DNA of 64,000 nt from Candidatus Marinacidobacterales bacterium (GTDB lineage: Bacteria > Acidobacteriota > Vicinamibacteria > Marinacidobacterales > SMYC01), in assembly GCA_965224085.1 (NCBI GenBank), contig CBDCYI010000009.1, positions 416,001 to 480,000 of the forward strand, read 5' to 3'. The position numbers and the translations under genes were made by a program. This document shows, in pieces, positions 59,986 to 64,000 of this stretch; the first letter of the stretch is position 1; every line of letters starts with the position of its first letter. The notes under the pieces were generated by a model. That model saw nothing but the letters and a program-made list of their open reading frames with translations. It did not search any database and was not told where the DNA came from.

Positions 59986-60639
59986 TTGACGCCGGAGGCT
60001 TTCGAGCTTCTTTGTGCTCGGCGGGCCCAACGCGCGTTGGTGCTGGCCGAGCGTTATCTCGAATCTCGCCAGGCGCTTGCGTTCTACGGAGCCGTCGCCT
60101 CATTTCAACGCGCGCTCGGCTCTTTCGAGGATCTCAGAACGCTTGCCGAAGAGCAAGGCCCCGCGGTGCTCGCGCGCGCCTCCCGGGAGCTGGACGAGAA
60201 GGCTTGCGAGAAGGCGATGGGCGCCTATCTATCGGGCGCCGACCGACTATCGCCTCGTGCTTTCTTCGCCCGGGTACTTCTGCAACGTGACCAGACGTGC
60301 ATGCAGGATTCGCACCTGGCTCAGCTGGGAGTCATCGTGCCTCAAGGGGACGGCACGGCCCTCGAGCTGCAATGTGCGCTCTGTTTCGAAGTGTGGCGCC
60401 ACGAAAAAGGGCGCTGCCACGCTTGTGGTGAAACAGCGCTTGGACACTACGCCGCCCCGGAGCTCGCGCACCTGGAAGTCCAGGCGTGTGAATCCTGCGG
60501 GACCTATTTGAATCTCGTCCACCAGGAAAAGGACCCCGAAGCGGTCCCGGATGTCGACGAGATCGCTGCACTGCCGCTCGATGTCTGGGCCAAAGAAAAA
60601 GGCTTTCGTAAACCCATCCCGAATCTCATCGGGATGTGA
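59986..60639 (+). CDS. fdhE: Formate dehydrogenase accessory protein FdhE (start uncertain)
   Basis: CALC..W...R.CHACG, CESCGTYL, DPEAVPDVDEIAALPLD and NLIG C-terminal pattern. Confidence 0.8.
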   Translation: MTPEAFELLCARRAQRALVLAERYLESRQALAFYGAVASFQRALGSFEDLRTLAEEQGPAVLARASRELDEKACEKAMGAYLSGADRLSPRAFFARVLLQRDQTCMQDSHLAQLGVIVPQGDGTALELQCALCFEVWRHEKGRCHACGETALGHYAAPELAHLEVQACESCGTYLNLVHQEKDPEAVPDVDEIAALPLDVWAKEKGFRKPIPNLIGM

Positions 60640-60641
60640 CA

Positions 60642-61415
60642 CTAGCTTTTTGTCTGGAGCGTGAAGTCGACTTCAACGTCCGCGAGGACGTTGATGGGAG
60701 CGCCGTCCACACTCGCGGGCTTGAACTTCCACGTCTTCACGGCCGCGATCGCGGCGCCGTCGAGCCCGTTGTCGAGTCTCTGGTGAAGGCGTACGGCCCC
60801 GATCGAGCCGTCTTTGCGGATGATGATCCTCAAGATGACGCGTCCCTCGATGCCGCGGTCAAAAGCGCTCTCTGTGTAGAGGGGCGGTGTGTCCTCGACG
60901 AGCTCCGGCGGGATGAGCAGCTCCGTTTCTAGGGTGACGGGTCTTTCGGTGAGAAAAATTCGAGCTCGACTCGGCTGGCTCGCAATAAGAATGATCTGTG
61001 CGAGATAAGTCCGCCCGCGCTCTTTCGCCCAGCCGAGAGCCGTTCGCCCGCGCCGGTCGAGGACCGTCGTGTCCGCTCCCGCCATCAACATCAGCCGGGC
61101 CGCGTCCACGCGACCTCTTTTGACCGCAATGATAAGCGCCGTATCGCCTCCGTTGTTCTGGAGGTCGAGGTTCGCTTGCGCCTTCGTAAGCAACGTCACG
61201 AGCTCAGGCTTGTTTCCACGGGCCGCATACATGAGCGCCGTGTACCCGTCTCGATCCGCCGCGTCTGGGTCCACAACCGGGTTCCCAAGCAGAAGCTGAG
61301 CCGCTTCATAGTCACCGTCGCGGACCTCTTTCCGGAGCGCCTCGTCAAGGTCCTGCCCCTGCTCAAACCCCGCAAACCCCACTAAAAGAAGCCCGACCCA
61401 AATCCGGTGAAACAT
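60642..61415 (-). CDS. Ankyrin-repeat protein fused to a TonB C-terminal domain
   Basis: GYTALMYAA, GDTALIIAV, GRTALGWA, then PLYTESA..GIEGRVIL...DG...GLDGAAIAAVKTWKFKPA. Confidence 0.85.
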   Translation of the reverse strand: MFHRIWVGLLLVGFAGFEQGQDLDEALRKEVRDGDYEAAQLLLGNPVVDPDAADRDGYTALMYAARGNKPELVTLLTKAQANLDLQNNGGDTALIIAVKRGRVDAARLMLMAGADTTVLDRRGRTALGWAKERGRTYLAQIILIASQPSRARIFLTERPVTLETELLIPPELVEDTPPLYTESAFDRGIEGRVILRIIIRKDGSIGAVRLHQRLDNGLDGAAIAAVKTWKFKPASVDGAPINVLADVEVDFTLQTKS

Positions 61416-61497
61416 CCCCCCGAGTCTAGCACGAAGCCCAAACCGCCCCCCCCTCGCCGGCCGAGAGTGTAGGAAAAGGAGATGTGGAGCCAGCCCT

Positions 61498-63531
61498 TCA
61501 ATCGAAGCGGATAGCCCGCACCCGCGCCGCGAGACGACGCGGATCGGGCTCGGACGCTCGCGCGAGCTCGGACCACCGAAGGCTCAGCCGCTCGACACCG
61601 ACGCTGTCCGCAGAGAGGTCGATGCGGAGCTCTTGCCAGCCGGGCGCGAGCTCACGAGGCGCAAGCATTTTCCCGTCGAGCTCCATCGAGACCGTTTGCG
61701 AACGCCCTTGAAGGCCTTGAAGAGGCGCTATCGAGAGCACCAGGGTGCGCGCCGATTTTGGGCGGCGGAACAACAGCGTGGAGCGCGTTCGGTGCGCCCA
61801 CCGGAACTCGTATGAGCCTTCCCGTTCGGCGAGCAGCCAGCCGCTTTCGAAATGTTGGCGCGAGCTCGGGGCGCCTGCCTCGATGTGCACGGGGTCGGGC
61901 GGCAGCGCCTCGCGCCGGGTCTTTAAGACGATGATCCCGGGATCCTCGTAGAAGGTATCGACAGGAAGCACGTCCTCGACGAAAGACACAACGCCACGTT
62001 TCGCGTAGGCTTTTTCGATCACAAAATAGCCCAGACCCAAAAAGCGAGCGACATGAGGCGCCGCGGCGCGCTCCCGCTTGAGGAGCTCTTCGGTGATCTC
62101 GATGCGACCTTTGCGCAGATCGATGAGCGGCCGCACGAGCGGAAGACCGAGATAGTACTCGCCCTTCTCGCGCGGCACGCGCGCCGCCGTGCCGACGAAG
62201 ATGCGCTTTCCATGAGTGCGCTGGTGGTCCATGATCTCGGCCGGGGACTGCTCGATACCGGGAATCTCCACGAGGGTGACGTCGCTCGGGTCGCGCGCAA
62301 GCTCGGCGTACACATCGTGGGTCTCGGCGCGAAAAAGAGGTGTCGGGATCGCCAAGTATTCCGCCACGAGAACGACGGCTGCGAGCGCGGTCGGCCAGCG
62401 TCTTTCAGGTGACCAGCGGAGCGCCATCATCATCGCGAGCGAGAGCATCATCATGATGGAGAAGCGCGAAGGTGCACGCAGATTCTCGAGGAGCGGCGTT
62501 TTGCTGATGAGCCAAAACGGCATCGGTACGCCGGTGTCGGCCCCAGCGATGTGTAGCGAGCTTCCGAGGCTCAGGACGAAGAAGACGAGGGCCGCCAAGG
62601 CCCAGAAGCGATGCCTCCACCCGAGCGCGGCGAGGACGAGCAACAAGAAGCCCGGAAAGACGGTCGTCTCCGTCAAATTGTCGGCAAACGCACGAGCGCC
62701 GAACATCGTCTGCTGCGGTGGTGGAACGACGAAAGCGGCGATGTCGGCGACGTAGCGATCCGCGCCGGGATAGGGCGGGTAGCTCCATTGGGACAAGTCA
62801 CGCCAAGCTTGCAAGAGAAGAGGCGCCATGAGTGCTATGACGACGAGACCGACGACGAGAACGCGGGCTACGAGCGCGCGTTCGCGACGGTAGGCAAGCC
62901 ATAGCAGCGTGAACAGGCCGAGGAAGACAAGATAGGAGAGCGCCGTGTAGCCGCACAGAGCCGCCACCAATCCTGTGAGGGCGGCGAGCGGCAAGTGTTG
63001 GCGCGGTCTTTCCGAGAGCTCGTGTAGCAGCAAGACATAGAGCGGGATCCACTCTGTTCCAAGGAGGTCGTAATGTCCTGCGAGGCGCGCAAGCCGATAC
63101 GGACAGAACGCGAACGCGATGCCGGCGAGAAAGGCACCTTCCCGGGTGGCCCCCACGCGACGCGCGAGTGCTTCGGCCGCGAGGGCAGAAGCGACGAATG
63201 TCCAGAGGATGAGAAGGTTCGGGGCTCTGACCGGTCCCGTGAGCTGCTCGAGCGTCGCCACGAGCACGCCTTGCAACGAAGCGAGCGTGTGGAGTGAGAG
63301 GCCGATACCAACAGGATAGAAGATATGCTCGGTCTCGAAAGGGCTCGTGCCGAGCTCGAAGACAGCTTTTTCGACCCACCAATAGTTCCAGAGATAAGCT
63401 TTGGCGTCTCCGCCCACCTCGCCGACGTGATGGGTCCCGAAATGCCATGCGAGTGGATAGGTGAAGAGGACCGCCAGAGCGAGGTAGGCTAGAGCCAGAA
63501 GACAAGCCCGGAGGGCTCGCCTCGACGTCAC
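61498..63531 (-). CDS. Polytopic membrane protein, probable GT-C/YfhO-like glycosyltransferase
   Basis: N-terminal TM then GD..YLWNYWW, IFYPVG, GAFLAG.AFAFCPYR..GH and LRAPSRF motifs; many TMs and a periplasmic C-terminus. Confidence 0.7.
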   Translation of the reverse strand: MTSRRALRACLLALAYLALAVLFTYPLAWHFGTHHVGEVGGDAKAYLWNYWWVEKAVFELGTSPFETEHIFYPVGIGLSLHTLASLQGVLVATLEQLTGPVRAPNLLILWTFVASALAAEALARRVGATREGAFLAGIAFAFCPYRLARLAGHYDLLGTEWIPLYVLLLHELSERPRQHLPLAALTGLVAALCGYTALSYLVFLGLFTLLWLAYRRERALVARVLVVGLVVIALMAPLLLQAWRDLSQWSYPPYPGADRYVADIAAFVVPPPQQTMFGARAFADNLTETTVFPGFLLLVLAALGWRHRFWALAALVFFVLSLGSSLHIAGADTGVPMPFWLISKTPLLENLRAPSRFSIMMMLSLAMMMALRWSPERRWPTALAAVVLVAEYLAIPTPLFRAETHDVYAELARDPSDVTLVEIPGIEQSPAEIMDHQRTHGKRIFVGTAARVPREKGEYYLGLPLVRPLIDLRKGRIEITEELLKRERAAAPHVARFLGLGYFVIEKAYAKRGVVSFVEDVLPVDTFYEDPGIIVLKTRREALPPDPVHIEAGAPSSRQHFESGWLLAEREGSYEFRWAHRTRSTLLFRRPKSARTLVLSIAPLQGLQGRSQTVSMELDGKMLAPRELAPGWQELRIDLSADSVGVERLSLRWSELARASEPDPRRLAARVRAIRFD

Positions 63532-64000
63532 GAAGACCCGGCTCCGTTTTTCTGGCTCCGCCTCCGTCGAAAATACTCCACTTGATATTTGTGCACGGCG
63601 CTTTCGTGCTCGCGATAGCTCTTCGAGAAGTGATGCGTCCCGTCGTTTTTAGAAACGAAGTAGAGATAAGAGGAGTCCGCGGGCTCGAGCACGGCATGGA
63701 TGGAAGCTTCGCCCGGCGAGGCGATGGGTCCGGGCGGGATGCCGGCAACGCGATAGGTGTTGTAGGGGCTTTTGAGCTCGAGGTCGACGCGACGAATATT
63801 TCCGTCATACGTACCTTGGAGCTTCAGCGCGTAAATGATCGTGGAATCCATGCCGAGCGCCATCCCCCGCTCGAGGCGATTCCACACGACTGAGCCGATG
63901 AGCGGCCTCTCGTCGGCGCTCCCCGTTTCTTTTTCGATGATGGAGGCAAGCGCCACGACTTCACGCACCGTCAAGCCTAGCTCTTTGGCCCTGTTCCTCT
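63528..64000 (-). CDS. mltG: Endolytic transglycosylase MltG (5' part outside the window)
   Basis: LASIIEKET, VVWNRL..GM.LGMD, SPYNTY..GIPPGPI.SPG and YLYFVSKNDGTHHFS motifs. Confidence 0.93.
   Translation of the reverse strand, partial: RNRAKELGLTVREVVALASIIEKETGSADERPLIGSVVWNRLERGMALGMDSTIIYALKLQGTYDGNIRRVDLELKSPYNTYRVAGIPPGPIASPGEASIHAVLEPADSSYLYFVSKNDGTHHFSKSYREHESAVHKYQVEYFRRRRSQKNGAGSS

Overview
GC-rich bacterial chromosome segment. The gene content (carboxypeptidase-regulatory-like TPR protein, Oar-type TonB-dependent receptor, GWxTD protein, ADOP-type permease remnant, PD40 propellers) points to Acidobacteriota, probably Vicinamibacteria-like; this is an inference. The left 25 kb is an accessory locus with six closely related secreted metal-dependent amidohydrolase paralogs in two divergent arms, two further amidohydrolases, a D-aminoacylase, a TonB-dependent receptor, a Tat-exported CapA-family protein and orphan 3' gene remnants that record duplication and gene conversion. 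The middle holds nested mobile DNA (ISNCY/IS5-like with a 7-bp TSD, two copies of an IS200 that targets TTAG, a second IS200, IS91-like remnants), a micro PEP-CTERM gene behind a sigma54-type promoter, and an unannotated UGA-recoded DsbA/FrnE-family selenoprotein with a SECIS-like hairpin. The right half has two M16 peptidase pairs, ggt, an exonuclease preceded by an 11-bp tandem repeat, a porin/cupredoxin/two-component operon, a MITE, an ECF sigma factor, IS5 and IS1634 elements, a large PD40-amidohydrolase, ankyrin proteins, fdhE and mltG. Many single-base frameshifts sit in homopolymers and probably reflect long-read error. I found no rRNA, tRNA or CRISPR array.
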